Assembly (NCBI GenBank): GCA_934660865.1
Contig: CAKUIA010000004.1
Span: 1 to 32,000 of the forward strand
DNA: 32,000 bases
Source of the DNA: an uncultured Opitutales bacterium
GTDB lineage: Bacteria > Verrucomicrobiota > Verrucomicrobiia > Opitutales > Intestinicryptomonadaceae
Reading direction: 5' to 3'
Positions 8,794 through 16,963 of the stretch are shown piece by piece. The notes beneath the pieces are model-generated. The model was not told the origin of the DNA. It ran no database searches and saw nothing but the letters and a program-made list of their open reading frames with translations. Numbering within the stretch: position 1 is the first letter of the stretch; the number at the start of each line of letters is the position of its first letter. The position numbers and the translations under genes are program-made.

Positions 8794-10434
8794 CTATTGG
8801 CCTTTTGCAAGTTCGGCAACGCGCTTTAAGTCCAGCTTGCCGGTGGAAAGCAGCGGAATTTTGTCTACCCTAACTATATGGCGCGGGATTGCCAAGTTGC
8901 TTATTTTTGCGTTTCTGCAAACCTCTTTTAGCTTGGGTATTGCTATGTCGAATGTCGAAAGCAAAACTATGGCCTCGCCCTTTTCGCTGTCCAGGCGCGA
9001 GCTTACCGCAATAAGGGGAACTTCGCTGTCGGCAACGTTAAAGCCCTTTGCCAACGCGCTTTCAACCGCCAAGTGCGACACCATTTCGCCCGCGATTTTC
9101 GAAAATCTTTTTATGCGGCCGTCTATAAACAAAAATCCGTCTTTGTCGATGCGCGCCAAGTCGCCCGTAATAAGCCAGTCTTTATCGAGCACCTTTTTTG
9201 TGGAGGCTTCGTCTTTATAATAGCCCGCAAATACGTTCGGCCCTTGCATGCACAAAACGCCCTGCTCGCCGAAAGGCAAAGTCTGCATTGTTTCGGGGTT
9301 TATAACGCAAGCCCTCATGCCCGGGAAAAGCTTGCCCACCGAGCCCATTCTTCGCCCCGTGGTAAAATAGCCGAAATCCCTTTCGGGCAAATTTACGGAA
9401 ACAACGGGCGATGTTTCCGTCAGCCCGTAGCCTTCCGAATACGACTTGCCGAAAGTTTCGTTCCATAAATCCTCGAAGCCCTCGGGCGTTTTTTCCGCCC
9501 CCGAAATCGCCTTTCTTATGCACGAAAAATCCTCCTTTGTTGCCCTTTTAAAATAGGCTCTAAAAAAGGTCGGCGTTCCCAACATTACCGTCGGGCGTTT
9601 TTCCCTTATGGCCTTTATATTGCCCTTGATGTCTATGGGGCTGTAAAGCGTAAGCGTTTTTTGCCCGAAAAGCGCAACATACCAAACTTCGAACAAAAGG
9701 CCGAACGAGTGGAACACGGGCAAATTCGCAAGCAAATTGTCGCCGTCTTCAAAAATCGCGCTTTTTTTCACCTGCAAGGTGTTTGCTATTATGTTTTTTT
9801 CGCTTAAAATTGCGGCCTTGGGTTTGGATTCGCTGCCGCTGGTGAAAATAAGGGTTGCCTCCCTTTCGTTGTCGGAGTTTTCCGAAATGCCGAATTTGCT
9901 TAACAGGTAGTCGGCGTCTTTCGCATGAAGGCCTATTTCCTTTAAAAGCGGCAAATCAAGAGAATCCAGCAACTCGGAAATTTCGCGGTAGTTTTCGCTC
10001 CACGGGAAGGCCGGCGTGCTTATCTGCAGCTTTTCGCGCAGCATCTTGGCCGAAATCATCGTGTCGATATCGGCAAGCTTTACGCAGTCGTTAAGGGCGT
10101 CTACCCCCATTGTAAAGTTTATGTTAACGGGAATTTTGCCCGCCAAAATGCACGCGCAATTTGCAACTACCGCATACATCGACGGCATTAAAACCAGCCC
10201 TATGCGCTTTTTTGCGCTTAAAGCCTTTATTTTTTCGGACAAGGCCAAGGCGGTTTGCAAAAGCTGCCCGCCGCAATAGTCTTTGTCGCCCCAAGTGTAG
10301 TCGCACAAAACGTTTTTGTCGGCGTTTAGCGAAAGCCCCTTTACAATAAGCGACGCCAAAGATTTGCCAAGCGCGGGCTCTTTGGCAAACTCTTCGTAGC
10401 CCATATCCAATACATTTACACCCGAAAATTGCAT
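8794..10434 (-). CDS. AMP-dependent acyl-CoA/acyl-ACP synthetase (Aas C-terminal-domain-like long-chain fatty acid ligase)
   Basis: AMP-binding motif LIFTSGSESKPKAA, then GYGLTETSP and TGDLARIDKDGFLFIDGRIKRFSKIAGEMVS. Start set to ATG 10434; the track uses a TTG at 10440. Confidence 0.85.
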   Translation of the reverse strand: MQFSGVNVLDMGYEEFAKEPALGKSLASLIVKGLSLNADKNVLCDYTWGDKDYCGGQLLQTALALSEKIKALSAKKRIGLVLMPSMYAVVANCACILAGKIPVNINFTMGVDALNDCVKLADIDTMISAKMLREKLQISTPAFPWSENYREISELLDSLDLPLLKEIGLHAKDADYLLSKFGISENSDNEREATLIFTSGSESKPKAAILSEKNIIANTLQVKKSAIFEDGDNLLANLPVFHSFGLLFEVWYVALFGQKTLTLYSPIDIKGNIKAIREKRPTVMLGTPTFFRAYFKRATKEDFSCIRKAISGAEKTPEGFEDLWNETFGKSYSEGYGLTETSPVVSVNLPERDFGYFTTGRRMGSVGKLFPGMRACVINPETMQTLPFGEQGVLCMQGPNVFAGYYKDEASTKKVLDKDWLITGDLARIDKDGFLFIDGRIKRFSKIAGEMVSHLAVESALAKGFNVADSEVPLIAVSSRLDSEKGEAIVLLSTFDIAIPKLKEVCRNAKISNLAIPRHIVRVDKIPLLSTGKLDLKRVAELAKGQ

Positions 10435-10513
10435 AGCCAAAGAAATTGCATATAGGTAATTGACTTGTCAACCGTTTTGGTGGAAAATATGTTTTGTATA
10501 TTTTTATAAGACT

Positions 10514-11254
10514 ATGATAGAAACCGAAATTTTTACCCGCCCCGATTCCCGCAGGTTCGACCAGCTGCGCGAAATCTCGTTTATCCCCGACATCGCGCCC
10601 AATGCAACGGGCTCGGTGCTTGCGTCGTTCGGCAACACAAAAGTTATATGCGCGGCGTGTCTGGAAAGGAAAGTACCCAACTGGCTTAACAGCATGTCCG
10701 ACAAACAGGGCTGGATTACCGCCGAATATTCAATGCTGCCATATTCAACGCTAAGCCGCAAAGCCCGTCCGCAAAACGGCAAGGTAGACGGCCGCAGCGT
10801 GGAAATACAGCGCCTTATAGGCAGGGCGCTAAGGGCGGTTACCGACCTTTCGAAAATTCCTGGGCACACCCTTTCGATAGACTGCGACGTTTTGCAGGCC
10901 GACGGCGGCACGCGCACAACCTCAATTTCGGGCGCGTTTGTTGCGGCAAGTTTGGCGGTAAACAAACTTATAAAAGAGGGAGCTTTAGCCGAAAGCCCAT
11001 TTACCGACTCGGTAGCCGCAGTAAGCGTGGGCATTTATAACGACCACCTTGTTTTAGACCTTCCCTACGAGGAGGACAAAGACGCCCAGGTAGACGCAAA
11101 CATTGCAATGACTTCTTCGGGCAGGTTTGTGGAAGTTCAAGGCAGCGGCGAAGAGGCTACTTTCGACTACCAACAACTTACCGATATGCTTGCGTTGGCC
11201 AAAAAGGGAATTTTGGAAATAATCGCAAAACAAAACGAGATCATTGGGGCATAA
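10514..11254 (+). CDS. rph: Ribonuclease PH
   Basis: 246 aa from ATG 10514 (MIETEIFTRPDSRRFDQLREI...). Motifs GSVLASFGNTKVICA, DGRSVEIQRLIGRALR and DCDVLQADGGTRT are RNase PH hallmarks. The upstream track extension looks non-coding. Confidence 0.9.
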   Translation: MIETEIFTRPDSRRFDQLREISFIPDIAPNATGSVLASFGNTKVICAACLERKVPNWLNSMSDKQGWITAEYSMLPYSTLSRKARPQNGKVDGRSVEIQRLIGRALRAVTDLSKIPGHTLSIDCDVLQADGGTRTTSISGAFVAASLAVNKLIKEGALAESPFTDSVAAVSVGIYNDHLVLDLPYEEDKDAQVDANIAMTSSGRFVEVQGSGEEATFDYQQLTDMLALAKKGILEIIAKQNEIIGA

Positions 11255-11258
11255 GTTG

Positions 11259-11585
11259 ATGAACGCCACAGAAAAAGCGGTTGAATCTTTCCACAACCCC
11301 TATAGTTGCGCGCAGGCGGTTGCAGCGGCATTCGACGAAAACATTTCCGCGCAAAAGCTGGATTTTATGCGGCAAAATTCGGCGGGCAAAGCCCCCAACG
11401 GCATTTGCGGCGCGCTTTTTGCCGCAATAGACGCAGCACACGGCGAAAACGCCGACGCAATTTCCCGGGAATTTGCAAAAAAGGCGGGCTCTACAGCATG
11501 CAGGGAAATAAAAACCCGCCACAAAACGCCGTGCGCCGAATGCGTAAGAATTGCCGCCGAAATTGTCGAAAAACTCGGCAAATAG
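11259..11585 (+). CDS. C_GCAxxG_C_C family putative redox-active protein (short form)
   Basis: 108 aa from ATG 11259. YSCAQAV and GICGAL motifs plus a C-terminal Cys pair (STACREI...PCAECV). Starts 4 nt after the rph stop. Confidence 0.65.
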   Translation: MNATEKAVESFHNPYSCAQAVAAAFDENISAQKLDFMRQNSAGKAPNGICGALFAAIDAAHGENADAISREFAKKAGSTACREIKTRHKTPCAECVRIAAEIVEKLGK

Positions 11586-11647
11586 GAGCGTTGCAAAATT
11601 CTTATTTGCTTGATAAAAATAAAAAAATAATAGACTATTTTAAAATT

Positions 11648-12814
11648 ATGAACAAAAACTATGTATTCTCATCGGAGTCGGTTGGCGAAGGCCACCCCGA
11701 CAAGGTTGCCGACTATATTTCCGACAGCATTCTCGACGCATGCTTGGCGCAGGACAAGTTTTCGCGCGTTGCGTGCGAAACTCTTGTAAAGAGCAACTGC
11801 GTTGTAATTGCAGGCGAAATAACCACAAAGGCCGTAATAGACTACGAAAAGATTGTACGCCAAGCCATTAGGGAAATCGGCTACGTTAACGACGACGATG
11901 TTTTCCACGCCGACAAGGTTTTCATAAACAATTTGATTACAAAACAGTCGCCCGACATTGCGCAGGGCGTAAACGCAAAAAAGGCCAAGGGCAAGAAAAC
12001 CGCCGAACAGGGCGCGGGCGACCAGGGCATGATGTTCGGCTACGCCACAAACGAAACCGACGAATATATGCCCGCCGCAGTTATGTTTGCGCACAGAATT
12101 TTAACCGAATTGGCAAAAGTCCGAAAATCGGGCAAAGGGCCTAAATGGCTGCGCCCCGACTGCAAAAGCCAGGTTGCAGTTTCGTACACAAACGGCAAGC
12201 TTTCGAGCATCGACAACGTTGTAGTTTCCACCCAGCACTCGGCCGACGTAGAGCACGACGAAATAGAAAAGTACATTGTAGAAAAAATCGTAAAGAAAGT
12301 TCTGCCTAAAAAGCTTCTTAAAAACACGCAATACCTGGTTAACCCAACCGGCAAGTTTGTTGTGGGCGGTCCCCAGGGCGACAGCGGTTTAACGGGCCGC
12401 AAAATTATAGTAGACACCTACGGCGGCACGGGTCGCCACGGCGGCGGCGCCTTCTCGGGCAAAGACCCCTCAAAGGTAGACAGAAGCGCGGCCTATATGT
12501 GCCGCTATGTTGCCAAGAATATTGTGGCGGCGGGCCTTGCCGACAAATGCGAACTTCAGGTTGCATACGCGATAGGCTACCCGCACCCGACTTCGATTTT
12601 GGTAGACACTTTCGGTACGGGCAAAGTTGCCGACGAGGAAATCGTTAAAGCCGTAAAGAAGGTATTTAGCTTTAAGCCCGCCGACATTATCAAGCAGCTG
12701 GACCTGCTAAAGCCCATCTACAAAAAGTCCACAAACTATGGGCACTTTACAAAGGCAGACCTGCCCTGGGAAAAGCTCGACAAAGTCCAGGCTCTTAAGA
12801 ACGCTGTTAAGTAA
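11648..12814 (+). CDS. metK: S-adenosylmethionine synthase
   Basis: 388 aa from ATG 11648 ([26 protein letters not shown]). Motifs [33 protein letters not shown] and [16 protein letters not shown]. The 11306 track start is a spurious in-frame extension across the previous gene. Confidence 0.95.
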   Translation: MNKNYVFSSESVGEGHPDKVADYISDSILDACLAQDKFSRVACETLVKSNCVVIAGEITTKAVIDYEKIVRQAIREIGYVNDDDVFHADKVFINNLITKQSPDIAQGVNAKKAKGKKTAEQGAGDQGMMFGYATNETDEYMPAAVMFAHRILTELAKVRKSGKGPKWLRPDCKSQVAVSYTNGKLSSIDNVVVSTQHSADVEHDEIEKYIVEKIVKKVLPKKLLKNTQYLVNPTGKFVVGGPQGDSGLTGRKIIVDTYGGTGRHGGGAFSGKDPSKVDRSAAYMCRYVAKNIVAAGLADKCELQVAYAIGYPHPTSILVDTFGTGKVADEEIVKAVKKVFSFKPADIIKQLDLLKPIYKKSTNYGHFTKADLPWEKLDKVQALKNAVK

Positions 12815-12819
12815 TTGTT

Positions 12820-14232
12820 ATGGCACAGAAAAAAGAATTTAAGGTTGCCGACATAAAGTTGGCCGATTTTGGCAGAAAAGAACTCGACATTGCAGAGCAC
12901 GAAATGCCTGGGCTTATGGCCGTGCGCGAAAAGTACGGCAAAGACAAGCCCCTTAAGGGCGTGCGCATTACGGGTTCTTTGCACATGACAATACAAACCG
13001 CGGTTTTAATAGAAACCCTTAAGGCTTTGGGTGCCGACGTGCGCTGGGCAAGCTGCAACATATTCTCCACGCAAGACCATGCGGCGGCGGCCATTGCCAA
13101 AAGCGGCACTCCCGTTTTTGCATGGAAGGGCGAAACTTTGGAGGAATATTGGGACTGCACCTACAAAGCCCTTACCTGGCCAAACGGCAAAGGCCCGCAG
13201 CTTATTGTAGACGACGGCGGCGACGCGACTTTGCTTATCCACAAAGGTTGCGAGCTTGAAGAAGGCTCGAACTGGGTAAACGAAAAATCCGAAAGCCACG
13301 AAGAGGACGTAATTAAAGCCCTGCTTAAAAAAGTGTACAAGCAAGACCCGAAACACTGGACAAAGCTTGTAAAGGAGGTTTGCGGCGTTTCCGAAGAAAC
13401 CACAACGGGCGTGCACAGGCTCTACCGAATGATGGAAAACAAAACACTGCGCTTCCCCGCAATAAATGTAAACGACTCGGTTACAAAGTCGAAATTCGAC
13501 AATCTTTACGGCTGCAGGGAATCGTTGGTAGACGGCATTAAACGCGCAACCGACGTTATGATTGCGGGCAAAACCGCCGTTGTTTGCGGCTACGGCGACG
13601 TGGGCAAAGGCTGCGTGCAGGCATTAAAGGGCTTGGGTGCCACAATATTGGTAACCGAAATAGACCCGATATGCGCTTTGCAGGCCGCCATGGAAGGCTA
13701 CAGGGTTGTTACCGTAGAAGACACTTTGGGCAAGGCCGATATTTATGTAACTACAACGGGCAATACCGACATTATCACCATAGACCACATGAAGAAAATG
13801 CGCGACCAGGCCATTGTTTGCAACATTGGGCACTTCGACAACGAAATTCAGGTGGCAAAGCTCGAAAGCTTCCCGAAAATCAAAAAGCTTAACATCAAGC
13901 CGCAGGTAGACAAATATACCTTCCCCGACGGGCACAGCATATACCTGCTGGCCGAAGGCAGGCTTGTAAATTTGGGCTGCGCAACCGGGCACCCGTCGTT
14001 TGTAATGAGCAACTCGTTTACAAACCAAAGCCTTGCGCAAATGGATTTGTGGAAGAACCGCGGCAAATACGAAAACAAGGTATACAGGCTTCCGAAATAC
14101 CTCGACGAAGAGGTTGCCCGCCTGCATTTGGGCAGAATCGGAGCAAAGCTTACAAAGCTTACCAAAAAGCAGGCCGACTATATCGGCGTACCGCAAAAAG
14201 GCCCCTACAAGGCCGACTTTTACAGATACTAA
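12820..14232 (+). CDS. ahcY: Adenosylhomocysteinase
   Basis: 470 aa. Motifs [32 protein letters not shown]-binding GYGDVGKG, and IGHFDNEI. Starts 5 nt after metK. Confidence 0.95.
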   Translation: MAQKKEFKVADIKLADFGRKELDIAEHEMPGLMAVREKYGKDKPLKGVRITGSLHMTIQTAVLIETLKALGADVRWASCNIFSTQDHAAAAIAKSGTPVFAWKGETLEEYWDCTYKALTWPNGKGPQLIVDDGGDATLLIHKGCELEEGSNWVNEKSESHEEDVIKALLKKVYKQDPKHWTKLVKEVCGVSEETTTGVHRLYRMMENKTLRFPAINVNDSVTKSKFDNLYGCRESLVDGIKRATDVMIAGKTAVVCGYGDVGKGCVQALKGLGATILVTEIDPICALQAAMEGYRVVTVEDTLGKADIYVTTTGNTDIITIDHMKKMRDQAIVCNIGHFDNEIQVAKLESFPKIKKLNIKPQVDKYTFPDGHSIYLLAEGRLVNLGCATGHPSFVMSNSFTNQSLAQMDLWKNRGKYENKVYRLPKYLDEEVARLHLGRIGAKLTKLTKKQADYIGVPQKGPYKADFYRY

Positions 14233-14257
14233 TTCGCCCGAAAGGCAACTTTGCAAA

Positions 14258-14290
14258 GTCCGATTCGGCCCAAAGCCGTTTCGGATTTTT
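14258..14290 (+). terminator. Rho-independent terminator after ahcY
   Basis: TCCGAtTCGGC-CCAAA-GCCGtTTCGGA hairpin followed by TTTTTT. Confidence 0.65.
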
Positions 14291-14328
14291 TGTGTATCCG
14301 TAAAAAGCGCAAACAGACGGAAAAAGTG

Positions 14329-14778
14329 CTAGTCTGTATACAGCGTTTTCGGGAACGCCCTGTCCAGCTCCAAATTAAGGTGCTCAAGCCCGCCCTCGCA
14401 GTTTTCGGCGCGCGACAATATAGTGTCGAATTTGCGGACAATACTGGCCCTTAAAAACTCTTTTCTATGGCTGTCTGCGGTGTTAGAAAACACAAGCGCT
14501 TCGTCTTGGCAAATAAAATAGCTTTCGCTTACATTCAAAACCTGCGACAGTTTCTTTAGGGTGTCTACCGACGGCGTTGCCGCCCCTCTAACCCACGCGC
14601 TGACAGCCGAAACCGACTTGCCCGTAAGGCGCGCCAGCTCTTTTTGCCTTATGTCTTTTTTTGCCATTGCAATTTTCAGTTTGTATGAAATTGCATTATT
14701 TGCGGTTTTATTGCATTTATTATTGTTATATTGTATTTTTTCTATTGACATCGGTTTTAGAATAGTACACCTTTCCAT
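14329..14778 (-). CDS. XRE-family helix-turn-helix transcriptional regulator (cI/Cro-like)
   Basis: The HTH_3 pattern ISYKLKIAMAKKDIRQKELARLTGKSVSAVSAWVRGAATPSVDTLKKLSQVLNVS is followed by an 80-aa C-terminal region of unknown family. Alternative ATG at 14751. The N-terminal codons are very AT-rich. Confidence 0.75.
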   Translation of the reverse strand: MERCTILKPMSIEKIQYNNNKCNKTANNAISYKLKIAMAKKDIRQKELARLTGKSVSAVSAWVRGAATPSVDTLKKLSQVLNVSESYFICQDEALVFSNTADSHRKEFLRASIVRKFDTILSRAENCEGGLEHLNLELDRAFPKTLYTD

Positions 14779-14792
14779 TTTATCGTACTACC

Positions 14793-14817
14793 TTATTATA
14801 ATCATATAGTATTATAA
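14793..14817. promoter_or_regulatory. Palindromic element TTATAAT-N8-ATTATAA containing a TATAAT hexamer on each strand, between the divergent XRE and excisionase-like genes
   Basis: 7-bp perfect arms at 14796-14802 and 14811-14817. The - strand copy reads TGTTATAAT (extended -10). This is the lowest-GC stretch of the window. No promoter model was run. Confidence 0.3.
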
Positions 14818-14880
14818 CAAGCAAACAAAATAACATACCAATAAAAACATAAGCAATAAAGAAAGATACTATTAAAAAAA

Positions 14881-15276
14881 ATGAAAGCGTTAAACGAAAT
14901 TTCCATCGCACACAGCACAGGTTTCGATTTTCTCTTCCCGAAAGGCAAAGACTGGTTTAGCCCGAGAGAGGTTGGCGACATTATAGGGTGCTCGGACCAA
15001 TACATACGCAACAGCGTATACTCGGGCAAAATTATGGCGCACATAGTGTCGAAAGACCCCGAAAACAACACGGACAACAAAAGCTACATCAGAATACACA
15101 AACACTCGGTTCTATTGTATTTGATGGAAACGGCAAACTACACAAGCGACTCGTTTGTGGAAAAGCTGCACAAAATTCTCGCCAAGCGCAGCGACTTCGA
15201 GCTTTTAAGAATAGAAAAGATTGTAAAAGACCTGCTCTACACAAAAAGGGACACCCGCACCATGCGCCGTTTTTAA
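14881..15276 (+). CDS. Excisionase/MerR-like HTH (HTH_17-like) DNA-binding protein
   Basis: 131 aa. WFSPREVGDIIGCSDQYIRNSVYSGKIMAHIV resembles the Xis/AlpA-type winged HTH. Divergent from the XRE gene. Confidence 0.6.
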   Translation: MKALNEISIAHSTGFDFLFPKGKDWFSPREVGDIIGCSDQYIRNSVYSGKIMAHIVSKDPENNTDNKSYIRIHKHSVLLYLMETANYTSDSFVEKLHKILAKRSDFELLRIEKIVKDLLYTKRDTRTMRRF

Positions 15277-15307
15277 CACGGCGCAAAATGCCGAAAAATG
15301 CGGCGCT

Positions 15308-15592
15308 TTACGCCAGCTTTTTAAGAAAATCGGCGCCCGTGGCGTTGCAGTCTAACCCCAGCTTTTTAGCTTCGTCGCTAAAAAGTTTTATTTTTGCCTC
15401 CAACATGTCGTCGAAAGTCTTTACGCCCGTTACTATTGCCGCGGTTTCGCCCAGTTTGTTTGCGGTTTCAATATTTATGTATCCGCATGCCAAAAAGCCG
15501 TTTTTGCCCTTTATCAGCAAAAGGGGTGCTTTAGACAATTCCACCTTTATTGCGGAAAACTCCGCGCCGTCTATGCAAATTTTTGTTTCCAT
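15308..15592 (-). CDS. DUF1805 (YunC-like) domain protein
   Basis: 94 aa. The pattern ...APLLLIKGKNGFLACGYINIETANKLGETAAIVTGVKTFDDML matches my memory of the YunC/DUF1805 family. Confidence 0.65.
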   Translation of the reverse strand: METKICIDGAEFSAIKVELSKAPLLLIKGKNGFLACGYINIETANKLGETAAIVTGVKTFDDMLEAKIKLFSDEAKKLGLDCNATGADFLKKLA

Positions 15593-15620
15593 GCCTAAAA
15601 TGCAAATCGCGCAAAACGAT

Positions 15621-15651
15621 TTTTCAAGAATATTCGCATTATTCTTGAAAA
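15621..15651. repeat. Perfect 12-bp inverted repeat TTTTCAAGAATA-N7-TATTCTTGAAAA (candidate operator)
   Basis: Arms at 15621-15632 and 15640-15651 with a TTCGCAT spacer. It lies in the divergent promoter gap between the DUF1805 gene and the 15701 gene, and is followed 8 nt later by T8. Confidence 0.5.
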
Positions 15652-15700
15652 GCGGCGCGTTTTTTTTAGCCTTAACAAAATCGGATTAAGCGGTTTTACA

Positions 15701-16087
15701 ATGAAAACAGCCATATATGCAGTTATATTATTTGCGGCGGGAATTTGCGCGGGCTATGCGCAAAACGCCGATTCCGAACAAAAACCGGCGGGGCAAACGC
15801 TTACAACGCCCCCTCCCCCGCTCGATGCGCAGCGCTTTACCGAGGGCTATTTAGACTACACGGGCAGCATATTTTCGCCCTTTTCAGAAAAAAAGCCCTA
15901 CAATTTCGGAGTATACAACAAATACGGCTTTCTTATTGCCTATATAGACCAAACGCACCTTGTAGGCGAAAGGCTCGAAAAACTTATAGGCAAAAAGGTT
16001 ATAGTAAAGGGGCGCATTATGCTGCTAAAAAAAGACCTTGTTATTATGGCCGAAGACATATCTTTTAAAAACAAACAAAACAAGTAG
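15701..16087 (+). CDS. Small secreted hypothetical protein
   Basis: 128 aa. Signal peptide MKTAIYAVILFAAGICAGYA, a Pro-rich linker (TTPPPPL), then a beta-rich domain of about 85 aa. No recognisable family. Confidence 0.6.
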   Translation: MKTAIYAVILFAAGICAGYAQNADSEQKPAGQTLTTPPPPLDAQRFTEGYLDYTGSIFSPFSEKKPYNFGVYNKYGFLIAYIDQTHLVGERLEKLIGKKVIVKGRIMLLKKDLVIMAEDISFKNKQNK

Positions 16088-16095
16088 AACATACC

Positions 16096-16962
16096 ATGGA
16101 CAACCTTATAGACGGAAATGCGGTTTCTAAACAAATTCAGGAAGAGCTTAAGGTAAAGCTCGCCTCCATACAGTCGAGAAAGGCGTGCGTTGCCTTTATA
16201 AGGGTCGGCGAAGACCCCGCCTCGATTTCGTACGTAAACAAAAAGCAGAGGATTTCGGGCGAAATAGGCATAGAAAGCAAACTGTTTGTGCTAGACAAAG
16301 ACACCCCGCAAAACGAGCTTAACGCACTTATAGACAAGCTTAACGCCGACAATACGGTAGACGGAATTTTGATACAGGCCCCCCTGCCCAAGCAGCTAAA
16401 CGAGCGCGAAACTTTCGACAGGGTTTTGCCCAACAAAGACGTAGACGGCTTTAGCGCCACAAATATGGGGCTTTTGTGCCAGGAAAACCCGAACGCGTTT
16501 GTTGCGTGCACCCCAGCGGGCATTATAGAACTGCTTAAAAGGGCAAATGTCCAGACAAAGGGCAAACGCGCCGTAATAATAGGCCGCAGCCTTATTGTTG
16601 GCAAGCCGTTGGCCTTGCTGCTTATGCAAAAGGGGCTGGACGCAACCGTTACCGTATGCCACTCTAAAAGCGAAAACCTGGCCGAAATTTGCCGACAGGC
16701 CGACATTCTCATTGCCGCCGTCGGCCGCCCGAACACCGTTACCGCCGACATGGTAAAGGAGGGCGCGGTTGTAATAGACGTGGGCATAAACAGAATTGCC
16801 GCCCCCGAAAAGAAGTCGGGCTACAGGCTTGTAGGCGATGTAGACTTTGCAAACGTAGCACCCAAATGCTCCAAAATAACACCCGTTCCCGGCGGCGTAG
16901 GCCCAATGACCGTTGCAATGCTTATGTCGAACACAATAAAGGCATACCAACTAAACAAGTAG
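16096..16962 (+). CDS. folD: Bifunctional methylenetetrahydrofolate dehydrogenase / methenyl-THF cyclohydrolase
   Basis: 288 aa. Motifs VGEDPASISYVNKK, DGILIQAPLP, KDVDGF, CTPAGIIELL, GRSLIVGKPLALLL and PVPGGVGPMTVAML. Confidence 0.93.
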   Translation: MDNLIDGNAVSKQIQEELKVKLASIQSRKACVAFIRVGEDPASISYVNKKQRISGEIGIESKLFVLDKDTPQNELNALIDKLNADNTVDGILIQAPLPKQLNERETFDRVLPNKDVDGFSATNMGLLCQENPNAFVACTPAGIIELLKRANVQTKGKRAVIIGRSLIVGKPLALLLMQKGLDATVTVCHSKSENLAEICRQADILIAAVGRPNTVTADMVKEGAVVIDVGINRIAAPEKKSGYRLVGDVDFANVAPKCSKITPVPGGVGPMTVAMLMSNTIKAYQLNK

Positions 16963-16963
16963 T

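Noticed and set aside
11306-11647. The ORF-track 502-aa version of metK, starting at 11306 and overlapping the C_GCAxxG_C_C gene. Similar upstream extensions occur at 7793, 10460, 22895, 21780, 22767 and 31750.
   Set aside because: The extensions encode Arg-rich nonsense and overlap neighbouring genes or promoters. Conserved N-termini begin at internal ATG or GTG codons (for example [19 protein letters not shown] for MetK).
13235-13243. Perfect DnaA-box 9-mer TTATCCACA, and the presence of recF, as hints of a replication origin.
   Set aside because: It is a single box inside the ahcY coding sequence. There is no cluster of boxes, no AT-rich unwinding element, and no dnaA/dnaN nearby. One occurrence is not statistically surprising.
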